Shown here piece after piece: positions 51,392 through 62,799 of a stretch of 64,000 nt of DNA. The notes under the pieces were generated by a model. That model searched no databases. It was not told the DNA's origin and saw nothing but the letters and a program-made list of their open reading frames with translations. The translations under genes were made by a program, and so were the position numbers. Positions within the stretch are counted from its first letter, which is position 1, and each line of letters starts with the position of its first letter. The stretch is from positions 1,736,001 through 1,800,000 of the forward strand of contig OZ176051.1 in assembly GCA_964247055.1 (NCBI GenBank), written 5' to 3'. The stretch comes from Paragordius varius (Eukaryota > Animalia > Nematomorpha).

Positions 51392-52300
51392 ATGAGGTAG
51401 GAATGTATTCAAATTTATCAAGGTGAAAGGCTGCCATTCTACAGTTTATTCAATAATATAATAATAATACTAAAACGTGGTTGTGAGATTAATTTAATAA
51501 TATAATAATACTACAAACGTTAGTTACAAGGTTAATATAATAATATAGTACACATGTTGTTTGCGCGGTTAATCTAATAATATAATATAAGGTTCATTCA
51601 AAATAGCATGTCAGTTACCACTATAACAGTCTCTACATTCCTTGATTTATTCAGGTGCAAAACATTTTAAAAATTGAACTTCATCCATAACATTTGCCAG
51701 TTTTTCCAATGTAAGAGATTTTAACTAATCTCCTGTACTTCATAAGCCAATTTTTCGGAAAGAACAACAATTTTGTGCATATCAAATGGCATTTTATCGA
51801 CTGTTTTAAAAAGTGCACTATATTTTGTTGATGAAATGGGTTCTACAACTGCAATATAATGGAGACCTATTAAGATTGGTAAAATTATTGACGGACACCA
51901 AGCTCTATTTGTAAATTGTGATGAACTGGAAGTAAAGATCCAGCTTTATGATAGATTTAGCATTTAACTCGATATCATCTGACAGAATTGTATCCTCTAA
52001 TTTTTTGTAAAAAATGTTTAGAATCGGATGTAACATCACACAAATCTAACTATGCATCTAAATTTTTATAGATGGCAAATACACTTTGCCCAAAGCACAA
52101 CATAATCTTTTAGATTTAAATCTTAAAGCATTGCAATACGAACCTACTATACTCATTGTAATATTAACATACTTGCTCAAACTATAATCAATATCATAAC
52201 GAAAGGCTAAACCATGGTAATAAAGGCATTAAATCGTATGTACAGAACAAAGAGTTGTTTGATGCGGGTGTCTCTGATCCTTTAGGTTGTTTGATTGTAT
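49720..52300 (-). mobile_element. Helitron Rep pseudogene (Rep region; helicase portion absent)
   Basis: Minus-strand motifs in order: ALRFK..LCCALGKV, SKHFLQK, YHKAGSLLP, RSDKYPILF..GIDGYNF, AKLRSEEYMHLRD, QYGRPDFFITITCN, VFG..YMCTVEWQ, SIISTEIPD, GSDMAVF, DEITQFRKGRYISSSEAIWR, IGRLYTV, LLLNLPGLTSFQQLKIVNGVSYPTFRSAC; many stops and frameshifts. Confidence 0.9.
51352..51385. repeat. (TA)n microsatellite inside the Helitron remnant
   Basis: Pure TA run. Confidence 0.9.
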
Positions 52301-52882
52301 ATTTTCAACAGAAATTTTATTTAGTATTACTTCAACCGGAAAAATGGGTATTATTAAAACCAAAAAGGGTTTCATCTAATTGATCACATGATGAACTTTA
52401 CATTGGTAATGTTTGAATCAAACTCGTTCCCAGCTGATTGATCGATTTTTTCTTTTATTTTTTGAGTTATAAGTCGTTTCGCGAGTGTAACACTTTTTTG
52501 TGGTAAGAAAGGTCTTAATTTTAGAGAATTATTTTATGAAATTGTAAAAATCAAATTATACTTTTTTTGAAAAAATACCAGTTTTAATTAAGAGAAATTC
52601 CATGGAGGGTTGAGCAACATCCTTGGATTCCGTTGTTTGATTGAAATTTTTCATGAAAATAATGATTTTTATTGTAAAAAATACCAATCGATAGGCGTAA
52701 TTGTGTTGAAGATGCCGGTTCAGATCAATGAGTATTTGCCTTTTAAAGGATTCTTGTAAATAATCATTGTGATTTTGCACTGTTTTGATTTTTCAATATT
52801 CATTGTTTTGAATTTTCTAGCTAAACATTTTCGAAATAATTAAACATTATGGAAAGATATCTTTTAAATCGGACCTATAAAC

Positions 52883-55557
52883 CAGGGCTTGGAACCGGAA
52901 CCGCATGTACCGGAATCCGGTTCCTTGGATTTTAACACGAACCGGTTCAATTGTGATGGAACAACGCGGTTCCCACTTCCCCGGGAACTACCCCGGTATC
53001 GATTCCAAAATTTCAGGAATCACCCCGGTTCTTCTATAAATTTTTAGGAACCAACCCGGTTTCGGTTCCACCCCCTTAACTAGTGGTTTTCATATAAATT
53101 TTATCATAAAAATTTTATTTTATTATATAAATTTGATTCTACCACTACATATTCCATACTTAAAACTTCAAACCTAAAACTAAATGCCTAATATTATATT
53201 GATACTCTCTGAATTTTGGGCGATTAGGCTGTTCTAAAAAAACTAATAGTCATAATATATAATACAACGAACGGGTTTTGTTACTCGACACAACTCCTCA
53301 CTCGATTAAGAATTTTCAATTTTACAGAGGAAACTAAAGAATGATAGACAATAGAAAAACTATTTTAAAAACATGTTTTGATATTACCACCGATGATAGC
53401 ACATGCTGAACTTGCCAAACAAAAATTAAAAGAACTTATAACTCCAATCAAGTAAAACATTTGCGTACCCATGGTAAAATCTTTCCAAAATTCTCTGATT
53501 TTAAGTATTTAAATAATATCTAATTTTAGATCTAATTCTAGTTTAACAAAAATTAGAATAGAATTATTAACAAACCAAATGATAACTTTTCCTACTCAAT
53601 AGAGATGTTGAAAGACGCTTTAATACACCTTGTTACGACAAATTGTAGACATTTATCCATTTTAGAGGATTCTGGAATAAAGATGATTATTGGACCAATA
53701 ATGAAAACGCTTATAAACAAAATCACTTTAAGAACATTAATATTTATTGGAGAGACACTTGGAAGAAGAAATTAAAAAAATTTGAGAGAAATGCTTTAAG
53801 CTTGACATAGTAATAAGACCTCACCGCTCCATTTTGGGTATATTTTTTATAATTTTTTCAAGGTGTTAATATCCAAGTAATTTATAAAGATTCAATACTT
53901 ATTCCTTTATCCATGGAGGAAGTAATTGATCTTACCAGTAATGGTTCAAGAGAAAAATTAAATACGGTACTCCAAGATTTTGATATTTCCCTGGACCAGG
54001 TGTACACGGTTACTAGTGAAATCGCCAGAATTTTTAGCAAGATGGTAGTGCTTTTAAACCAATATATGGAGCAAACAAATTTGGATGCTGAAAACAATTA
54101 TATAAAATATAAAAATGATGATGTTAGTATGGATATACCTGTTTTTGAAGACCCAAATTAAGTACTTATACTAAACTAATTCGAGAATAGCTGTTTTATT
54201 CTTCTTTAAATATAAATGTGTGGTAAATAAATAATATGTTATGTATAAAGTATAAGCTAGATATTTCACGTTAAGTGTCGGCTTATACTTTGCAATTAGG
54301 GTAAACAATTTTATGAATCCCATCAGGATATCATAGATCAGATGCGCGAGATTGCAAATAATTTGCCAAGCCATCTTAACTGTATAAAAGTGGGCTTGTC
54401 CAAAGCAATATTGGATGTGCCCACTAGATAGGATTCCATCTTTTTAATATTATAAATTATATATTTTAATAAAATTAGGTCCAGCATGCCAAATTTTTAT
54501 GCTTTACCTCCATTGAGAATTGGAGCGCAATTTATAAATTAATCTCAATACTGACTCCTGCAAACATGCAACCGATTCTTTGCTGCCGGAGCAATTGGTT
54601 TTGTCCCATTTTTATGGTATCTGGAAACGCCTTATTTTTGAGATCAAAAGAAGAGAGGTTATTTTTTCATATATAATAAGGTTCCATTATTACTTTTCAA
54701 AAATGAAATGGCTTTTGAGGAAAAAAACATCGCTCACCAACATTTATTTATGTTACACAAAATAATAAATAAAGGACACACTATCATTGTGGAGAATGAG
54801 GATACAACGGATCGAAAATTATCTTTGTCAGAAAATTTCTACAAATAATAATTGCGATTTATTAAAAATACAATTTACACATTTGATAATCAGCCGTTTA
54901 TTACCCCATCAATATAATTGAATATTGGAAAAGTGTGGAAACAACTCCCCTTGATTTATATACGTTGGCCAATATTGTAATGGCATTACCTGCTACTCAA
55001 GTTTATTTATAATACATATGTTCTTATATATGGGCTCCGTGGAAAGGAGTTTTTCCATCCTTAATTTTATATCAGACCTGAGAAGCAGTTTAACCAGGGA
55101 ATTGCTTGGTGCAATAATTTTTTTGAAGTTAAATAAAGATTTTTTAGATGCCATACTTAATTTAACACTCATTATATACCTTTGTACTTATAATTTTTCT
55201 ATTATATTTTTAAAATTTGTTTCATTTATTATGCTACACTATATTTCTTTCACTATAAATATATAATAAATTGTTTGATTTATAATTGTTAATATTTTGG
55301 TTGTATTATTATTATAATAAATATTTTGTAAGAAAATCATTTAATCAAAAGTCAGGAACCGAAAATGGAACCGGTTCTAAATGTAAAGAACCGGTTCCGA
55401 AACCGCTAAATTTTTAAAATGCGGTTCCGGTTCCATTTGTTCAGAAACCACCCCGGTTCCGGTTCCAAAATTTTAGTAACCTCCCGGTTCTTTTTTTAAA
55501 TTCTTAAGAACCAACACGGTTCCGGTTTTACATTTTTTGAACCGGTTCCAAGCCCTG
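52883..55557 (+). mobile_element. hAT-superfamily DNA transposon (2.7 kb) with decayed transposase
   Basis: TIRs CAGGGCTTGGAACCGG and CCGGTTCCAAGCCCTG; perfect 8-bp TSD CTATAAAC (52875-52882 and 55558-55565); many subterminal CCGGTTCC motifs; BED-finger remnant (C*TCQTKIK...KHLRTHG) near 53400; hAT dimerisation motif SVERSFS...LRSSL...IIFLKLN at ~55030-55140. Confidence 0.93.
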
Positions 55558-55689
55558 CTATAAACTCAAAAACAAAAATGACTTGTTTTAATTCTTCATA
55601 TATATATTTATATATACCTTGGTGGCGATTTCATGGTAAGAAATTTATAAAAATGATAATTCTAAATACAAATTTATGCAATCAAATTT

Positions 55690-56280
55690 TCAAGATATAT
55701 AGTATAAATTTTGTTGAAAATAATAAAATAATCTTCTACCACAAAAGCTAATTTCGTTGTCAAAATAAAAAAATACTAGTTTTTAGTAATATTACCATAA
55801 TAGGAGGTTGGGCGACAGCCTCTGAGAATTTTCCCTAAAAACAAGTAACTTATTATAATTTTCCCTATTATATGCTGATTATACAAATAATGTTCAAACA
55901 ATTTTGTAAATACAGAGTATAATTTTTGTTGAAAAACATTTTTTATTAACAAAATTTTCTTTCATAGGGGGTTAAGCGCCAGTCTCGAATTGTTAATCAG
56001 AATTTTCCCTAAAAATAAATATTTTATAATTTTCCATCCTATACGCTAATTATTATTTTTCGTTGTCAAAAACAAAAAAATGCAGTTTTGATAATAGAAT
56101 TACCCTGCATAGAAAGTTGGGCAACAGCCTCAGATTTTGTTTGATTTAATTTTCCCTAAAATAAATTATAAAAAACTTTCATCTACGCTAATTATGCTTT
56201 TCGTTGTCAAACGCAAAAAAATACTTGATAGTAAAAATTTTATGCATAGGAGGTTGGGCGATAGCCTCGGGATTCATTGT
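55690..56280. repeat. Tandem repeat, ~150-bp period, about 4 diverged units
   Basis: ATAG(G/A)(A/G)GTTGGGC(G/A)A(C/T)AGCCTC at ~55800, 56110 and 56245, with a weaker unit at 55965; AATTTTCCCTAAAA repeated. Confidence 0.7.
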
Positions 56281-56827
56281 GATTTCGCATTGTTTTATTT
56301 TTTAGTATTCAAACGCTTAATGACAACAACACAAGTGCACCCCTTCGTAGAATTAAATTGTTAGAGTTCCGTGAGCTATATAAGTATTGGTAAAAAACAT
56401 TTTAGCTCTTCTAATTTTTTAATTGCAAAAATCTTGCATTATCATGTTAAATCCTTTTTAGGTCAAAAACAACATTTTGTCAAGCAAACACAACATTTTT
56501 TAACCAAAAGCAACATTTTTTCAAGCCAAGGCAATATTTCTGCGAGCAAACCCAACATTTTTTTCATCCATGCATTTTTCAACCGAATACATTTTATAAG
56601 CAAAAGCAACATTTATTTTATGGAGTTTATATGTATCCATTTAATAATGATTAGTTATATTTTAGCGTTGTATGGTTTTTATGTTTTAATAAAACGATAA
56701 TTATCAATGTATGATGGTAAAACAATTTTCAAACTTTTTAATTTTTTCCCATAACTTAGTTTAATTATTTATTTATATTAATTATTATTTCTTTTATTTC
56801 AACTTTAGTATCAACTATAATTAATAT

Positions 56828-58770
56828 ATACCATTTGCACTTCAAGAGTGTCCTTGAAAATTTCAAGTTCGTACTTGAAAACTTCAAGTTTGTCCTTAAA
56901 AACTTCACATTGCTCCTTATATATTTTGAAATTCGAATACAGCCGTTTGGACTTTTTCGAGCACCACCACTCAAATTAATATTTCGACTAATTTCAGTTT
57001 CTAAAACCGAATCGGAAAAAATCTTGATCCCCCAATCAGAATTTTGAGATATACAGGTTTTTAAATTTTTCAAAAACAAGAGAAAATTAACAGAAAATCA
57101 AATATAACTTCATATTAAAAAGTTATTTTATTATAAAATTAGTATTATTTAATAAAGCGTTTTAAACTCTATTTTTGGATATAAATATGTCATTTAAAGA
57201 TCTGGGACAATAAAATAGTACTGGTATAAACGTTGAAATTTAGGGTTTAAAGCGAATTTTGAACACGTATAAATTTTTATTAAAAATATACTAAAAGAAG
57301 CATTTTGGGGTTTAGACCTTCGGCTTTAAGATAGGCTAGTTGTTATTTTGGGTTATTTTTAGTACTTATTAGGGTTTTTCTCTTCGGTTGATTCTTACAA
57401 AAAATCGTATTAATTATACCTAGTGAATATTAATTATTTTCAAAATCATTGGATGCAGTATAATATGAATTTCAGATGGATGTTGGGTGGCCACTTTTAT
57501 TACCCGGATGATGGATATCCTACCATACTTTTAGAACTACAATATAGACCATTTGTACTTATCTAATCTTCATATCCGATTTAATGGAAATTCGTCTAAC
57601 TTTCTGTGAATTGGTTAATTTGACATGTCAATTTTCTTGGATTTAGCTAAAGTTAACTACTCTATATTATCTGCAGGTCTCTCTTACCGGGTTCGATCAC
57701 CAATTGTATACATTGGCATAATTATAGGAGCTCTTGGGGGATGTTATTTTGCAGAGCTTGTGCAAGCCGCCCGTATATTTTTTAATACTACGGCTTATAC
57801 CTTTTAATTTATTTTAATTCTATTTTGTTAAAGTTTCGTATCCTCTTTTATTTGATATATATCAATTAATATATTCAATAAATTGAATATTTATTTATTG
57901 TATGTTTATTTCTATATCGAGTAACAAGCCCACTCGATAAAACATATTTTTCATGCTAAAAAGATAACAAACCTTCAGCAGCGATTTTGGGTAATTTATA
58001 TTTTTATATAAAGATTGACGGCATTTTTATAAAGTATTATTATATGGATCATCAATAACATTTTCTGTAGAGTCTTCGTTTATAAAAAAAACTTCTGTAG
58101 TGTCGTATACTGGGGCTGGTATAGAATTTTTGCAATTCGTTCTAAAATTATAATAAATAACCTGGCTCTGGAATACCACTTGTATCGACTTGCTCGTTTA
58201 AATATTTAAATATATGTTCACGAGGAATAATTTTTTTAAAATTAAATACAAAATTTAAATTTCAAAAAAATCTTATAGGCGGCCTCAATTTTTTTGTTTT
58301 GGCCTTTCCATGCCATTAGGTAACAGAAAACGCAAATGGGGTGGTGCAAAACCTTGTTGAGCAGTGTTATCTATTTTTATATATTAACCTAATATCATTT
58401 TCATTAGTATTTTTCCAAATTAACATTTTCTATTAAAAAACAACTTTGTTTCGAAATAATTTTCTTTAATTTAACAATATTTTGAACTTATAAATGTTTA
58501 AAATTAATTGCAATCGATAACCCAAAAAACTTAGATGTTTTTTAATTAAAACATTATTTATAATAAAATAGTTAAAATACTTTTATAGAAAATTATAAGG
58601 ATATACGGTTCTTGAATGAAAAAAGTAGGTATTCTTTAAAAAGTTTAGGGTAAATAAAGATAATAGGTTAAAAATGATAGGATAGATAATGTGTTATTTT
58701 ATGTTGAAGGACCAAGTTGAACTGTTTAAGGACCAACTTTAAGTGTTGAAGGAACTTGAAATGTTCAAGA
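56828..58770. mobile_element. Family B element carrying an inserted family C element
   Basis: Left end ATATACCATTTGCACTTCAAGAGTGTCCTTGAA; inverted 21-bp array at 58700-58765; 58380-58620 resembles the interior of 38783-39480. Confidence 0.7.
56908..58366. mobile_element. Family C CACTA-like element, second copy
   Basis: Aligns along its length with 44262-45402 (GAGCACCACCACTCAAA; CCTTCGGCTTT; AATGGGGTGGTGCAAAACCTTGTTGAGCAGTG); ends CATTGCTC and GAGCAGTG. Confidence 0.8.
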
Positions 58771-59597
58771 ACACTCTTGAAGCGTATATATTGATTATAT
58801 GTTAAACTAAAGTTGAAATAAAAGTAAAAATTAATTAATATAAAGAAATAATTCAATTATGTTATATATATTAAAAATTTTGGAATAATGATAAAACAAT
58901 AAAAATCCTAATTTAACATTAATTTAACTAATCATTAAAAATTTAAATGAATACTTAATAAAACTGTCATAAAATAATAAAATTTTGTCTTTAATTTTAA
59001 AAAATGTTGTCCTTGGTTGAAAAAATGTTGCCTTTGGATAAAAAATTTTCTTGTTTGGATTAAAAAATGTTGCGTTTGATTGGAAAATGTTGCGTTTGTT
59101 TGAAAAGTTGTTTTTGACTAAAAAATGGTATATATTTATTTTTTCATTTAATAAGTTGTATTTAATTAGTAAATAAAAAAATATAAAAAAATACCGTACA
59201 TAACTGGCGCTATTCATTTGTTTAATTTTGCAGTATCAGCGCAGATTTGATATTTATTGAGTTGTTGATAAGTGATATTAGTTTTAAATACATTGAACGT
59301 TTACAAAAAAACTAACTTAAAGACAAAATTGTGTTTACAATTTATTTCAACATGATTAAAACAGGCGGTTATTATCCATCGTCAGCCGTAAACTATCCAT
59401 CGTTAGCCGTAACAACTGTTTATTCTCCATGGTCCCATGTAAAATATCTGTGATCAAGGCGAAAATTTTACAAGTCCCCCCTGTCAATAGTCAGCTGTAA
59501 AAGGCAAAAATAATATCCATCGTCAGCCGAAAAAGGCTGAAAATTTTATAAATGCATAATCCTATCCGTCGTCAGTCGAAAAAAAAGAAAAAAGAAT

Positions 59598-60170
59598 ACA
59601 AACCTTCGATCGAGCGCTAACACTCAATAGATCGCAGTAGCTGGCTGCTCTATTAAGTACATGACACCAATCGTTACCTAAGTTGTTTACAAATGATTTT
59701 ACGCACCTGCTATCATTAACTAATATTGGCTAATCGACCTGCGCATATACTCGATTGCACCGATCGCGTTTAACCTCTAACCAGAATGATACAGACCAGC
59801 TGTTCGTATGCTAGGTTAATCGACTGCAGAGCGCGCCGAGATATCGTTACATAATTGGGTAGCATTCTGAGTTAGAGGCGTTCAGTCATAATCCTTTAGA
59901 TGGTAGCTCCTCACCGGCGGCTTTTCAGCCGGATGCCAGAACGAAATGTTTGAACCTGAGGTTCCTCTCGTACTGAACAGGATTACTATAGCGACAAATA
60001 GGGCAAAACTATCATGACTAGCTCACATTCCCTATTAGTGGGTGAACAATCCAACGCTTGGTGAATTATACTTCACAATGATAGAAAGAGCCGACATTGA
60101 AGGGTCAAAAAGCAAGTCGCTATAAACGCTTGGCTGCCACAAGCCAGTTCCTGTAAACTCTGACACAATC
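59598..60170 (-). rRNA. 28S rRNA 3'-terminal fragment (degenerate, with internal deletions; probably pseudogenic)
   Basis: Minus strand: GGCTTGTGGCAGCCAAGCG, ATGTCGGCTCTT, CACCAAGCGTTGGATTGTTCACCCACTAATAGGGAA, CAGTACGAGAGGAAC, GATTATGACTGAACGCCTCTAA, CTGCGATCTATTGAG...AAGGTTTGT. The conserved TTTAGACCGTCGTGAGACAGG segment is missing. Confidence 0.93.
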
Positions 60171-60329
60171 AGTCAAAAAACTTAGCCTCTCATGAGGCGG
60201 TTGTGATTCATTACAATCAGATACCACAATATTAATTGTAACTTCCCAACCCGTCGATTATGAGAACCGCACGCATAATGTTTTTTCATTAACATGCACG
60301 CAATATATTTATGGAAATATTTATAGAAA

Positions 60330-62790
60330 GATTTTTTGGTTTGCGCCTTCTCGACCGTAACGATTTTTTAAGCTTCATCATTTATGTCAAGGTTTCCCCT
60401 GCCCCTTCCCTCATCTTGATCTAGGCTCTAAAAAACACATCATGTTTCGAGTAAACATGATTTTCAATACCCTTGTAGGTGCCTGTTCGATGCCCACACA
60501 TCCTCCTATCGGACACATGAATTCACCATCACATGTTTGAAGGCTTCCTTTCCAAGTTGAGGAAGGTTAACTGGGATCTAATGTAGACCTGACTGAGACG
60601 ATTACTGATTTACCTTTTGGGACTGGTATCATCGTTCCCAACCCATGGAGATTGTTTTGGTGGTTTTTATGCCACTTTAGATTCTTGTATGATTTAGAGC
60701 AACCAGTAACATCACATGGGTATATTTTGCTACTCTCCTCCCTTGCCTTGGCCATATGAAAGACCGTAACATGTCTTTTCCTTTTCGTTTGAGAATTTTA
60801 CCGCACAACTATTTACGGAACAGGATATTGAGGCGACTGTTTGTAAAGGTAAGACAGAAGTTCTTCGATTTTCTTCCTGGATGAGCAAACTCAGGTAATT
60901 TTCTACTCCGCATAACTGTCCGTTTATCATCATAGAGATTTCAACATTCGATATTGTGTATACGAAGTGACCCGTACTTTTGATTAACACGAACCAGTAC
61001 AGATCTCGCTGGACACAGTGTTTCCATCTTTGTCTACAGCGTGCTCCGAATTTCGTTTTACCCAGTACCACACGTACAACTGAGGTGCTATTTCAAAAGT
61101 TTGGCCGAGGCATAACTTGCTGAACAGCGAAGCCTTCTACTACCCAAGAGTTCATCACATAAGGAAGCTTCTCCGCTGACCGTAGACTTGAAACGGGTAC
61201 CTTATCTGATCGTGAAACACCCACACACGTTCTAATGCAGTCATTGAGAAATAATCTAACCTACTCACGTCTGCCTTAGTATTGCGCCACGTTTCACAGC
61301 CGTACAATAGAGATGGAACCACGAGACCCATTATCAGCTGCCGTTATATCTTGTTCGCAATTTTATTACTTTCCAAGATAGGTTTCACTTTACGCAACAC
61401 TACCCTGGCTCTTGCGATTCTCCGTATGATTTCGCGGCTGACACCTCCCTTCCGACTGATCTCAGGCCCGAGGTACGTAAAGCTATCTACGTCTTCAATT
61501 GCAGACTTTTCTAGCATTATGGGTAGGTTGTCTTTAGAGCCTGACAGCTCTAAGACTTTCGATTTGCTCATCGGAATTAGGATACCATATCGTTTAAACG
61601 TGACGTTTGAACATTCTTGTGCCAAAGAAAGTTCGCTTCGATTGTTACTGACTAGCACGATATCATCAGCGAATGCTAGTATCTTCACTACTGGAGTACT
61701 CTGACTACAAGGGGATGGATTTTTTTGAGTGATACTGATACCTTCTGGCTAAAAATCGGCTTCACGAAGGCATGACTCTAGAAAGATGTTAAACAGGGCA
61801 GGTGAAGCCTGCACCCTTGCCGAACGCCCCGTTCAAGTTTGAACCAACGCGAAGTATTGCCATTCGACTTTACTTTCGCCTAATTGCCGTAGGTCAAATT
61901 GGCTATGAGCCTTAGTAACTTCGGACCGAAGCCCGCTTTTCCCAGACAGTTCATTATTGCCCATGAGGGACGCTATCGAACGCCTTCTCAACCAATGAAG
62001 ACACAGTGCACCTCAGTGTCGGCTATTCGAGATTCTTCTTGCAACCTTCGAAGCGTCAATATTACGTCACAAGTAGATTTCTGTTCCATGAACCCGCATT
62101 GGTATTCGCTCACCACTTGTTTGGCGAACGTCTGCAATCGTTCGTTCAGAATGCCACTGATAATCTTCCTATCAATGTTGAGTAAGGTGATGTCGTTTAC
62201 CCTTGCCCTTATATATCGGACATATCTCCGCGACTTTCCAATCTACCGGAATGCAGCCCGTCTCCCAAACCCTTTCGAATATGCCTTTCAGGCAAAGGAC
62301 CGATTCACCTCCCGCATGATACAATTCCAGGGCTATACCATCTCACCACTACTTTTTCCGAATTTCATCTTCCTCATGGACGTTTTATTTCATCTCTTTC
62401 GAGGACATTATCGCTACATACAACACCGCTAGCGCATAATGAATCACCACACACCTCAGGCGTTGACAATCAGGGTACCTATTTGATGCTTCTGTGTATT
62501 GAGCCTGGTCCCACCCTTTAATCTCGGTTCGTAGCAGTAGGATAACTGTTTTGTAATATATTCGAATTAATAATAGTTTCGTAAATCATGATTGCATTGA
62601 ATAGCCAATGTGCACTGTGAGTTATGGGCTTGCCAGACCCCGAGAATTGAAACCGTCCTTCGGTTACACAGCCCCGTGAATAGACTGCTTGGCCAATACC
62701 GATTCTGTTTGTCGGAAATAAGTCTCCTCGTTCCGACCCTTCCCACCCTCCACTCTCTCTATTATCCCCAGACAAGCTCGTTTTTATAGT
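60330..62790 (-). mobile_element. RTE-type LINE, internally deleted pseudogene (5' end, RT, C-terminal zinc fingers)
   Basis: DGIALELYHAGG...IFERVWETGCIPVDWKVAEICPIYKGKG; SPALFNIFL; ILAFADDIVL; FTYLGPEISRKGG; RCRQRWKHCVQRDL; CDVTGCSKSYKNLKWHKNHQNNLH. The 5' region matches 31717-32230; most of the endonuclease is absent. Confidence 0.9.
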
Positions 62791-62799
62791 TTTTTATTA

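Larger units (their letters stand above)
56450..59130. mobile_element. Outer inverted-repeat element (family F) with ~21-22-bp subrepeats
   Basis: An (AAAGCAACATTTTTTCAACC)-like array at 56450-56620 and its reverse complement array (AAAAAATGTTGC...) at 58990-59130. Confidence 0.6.
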
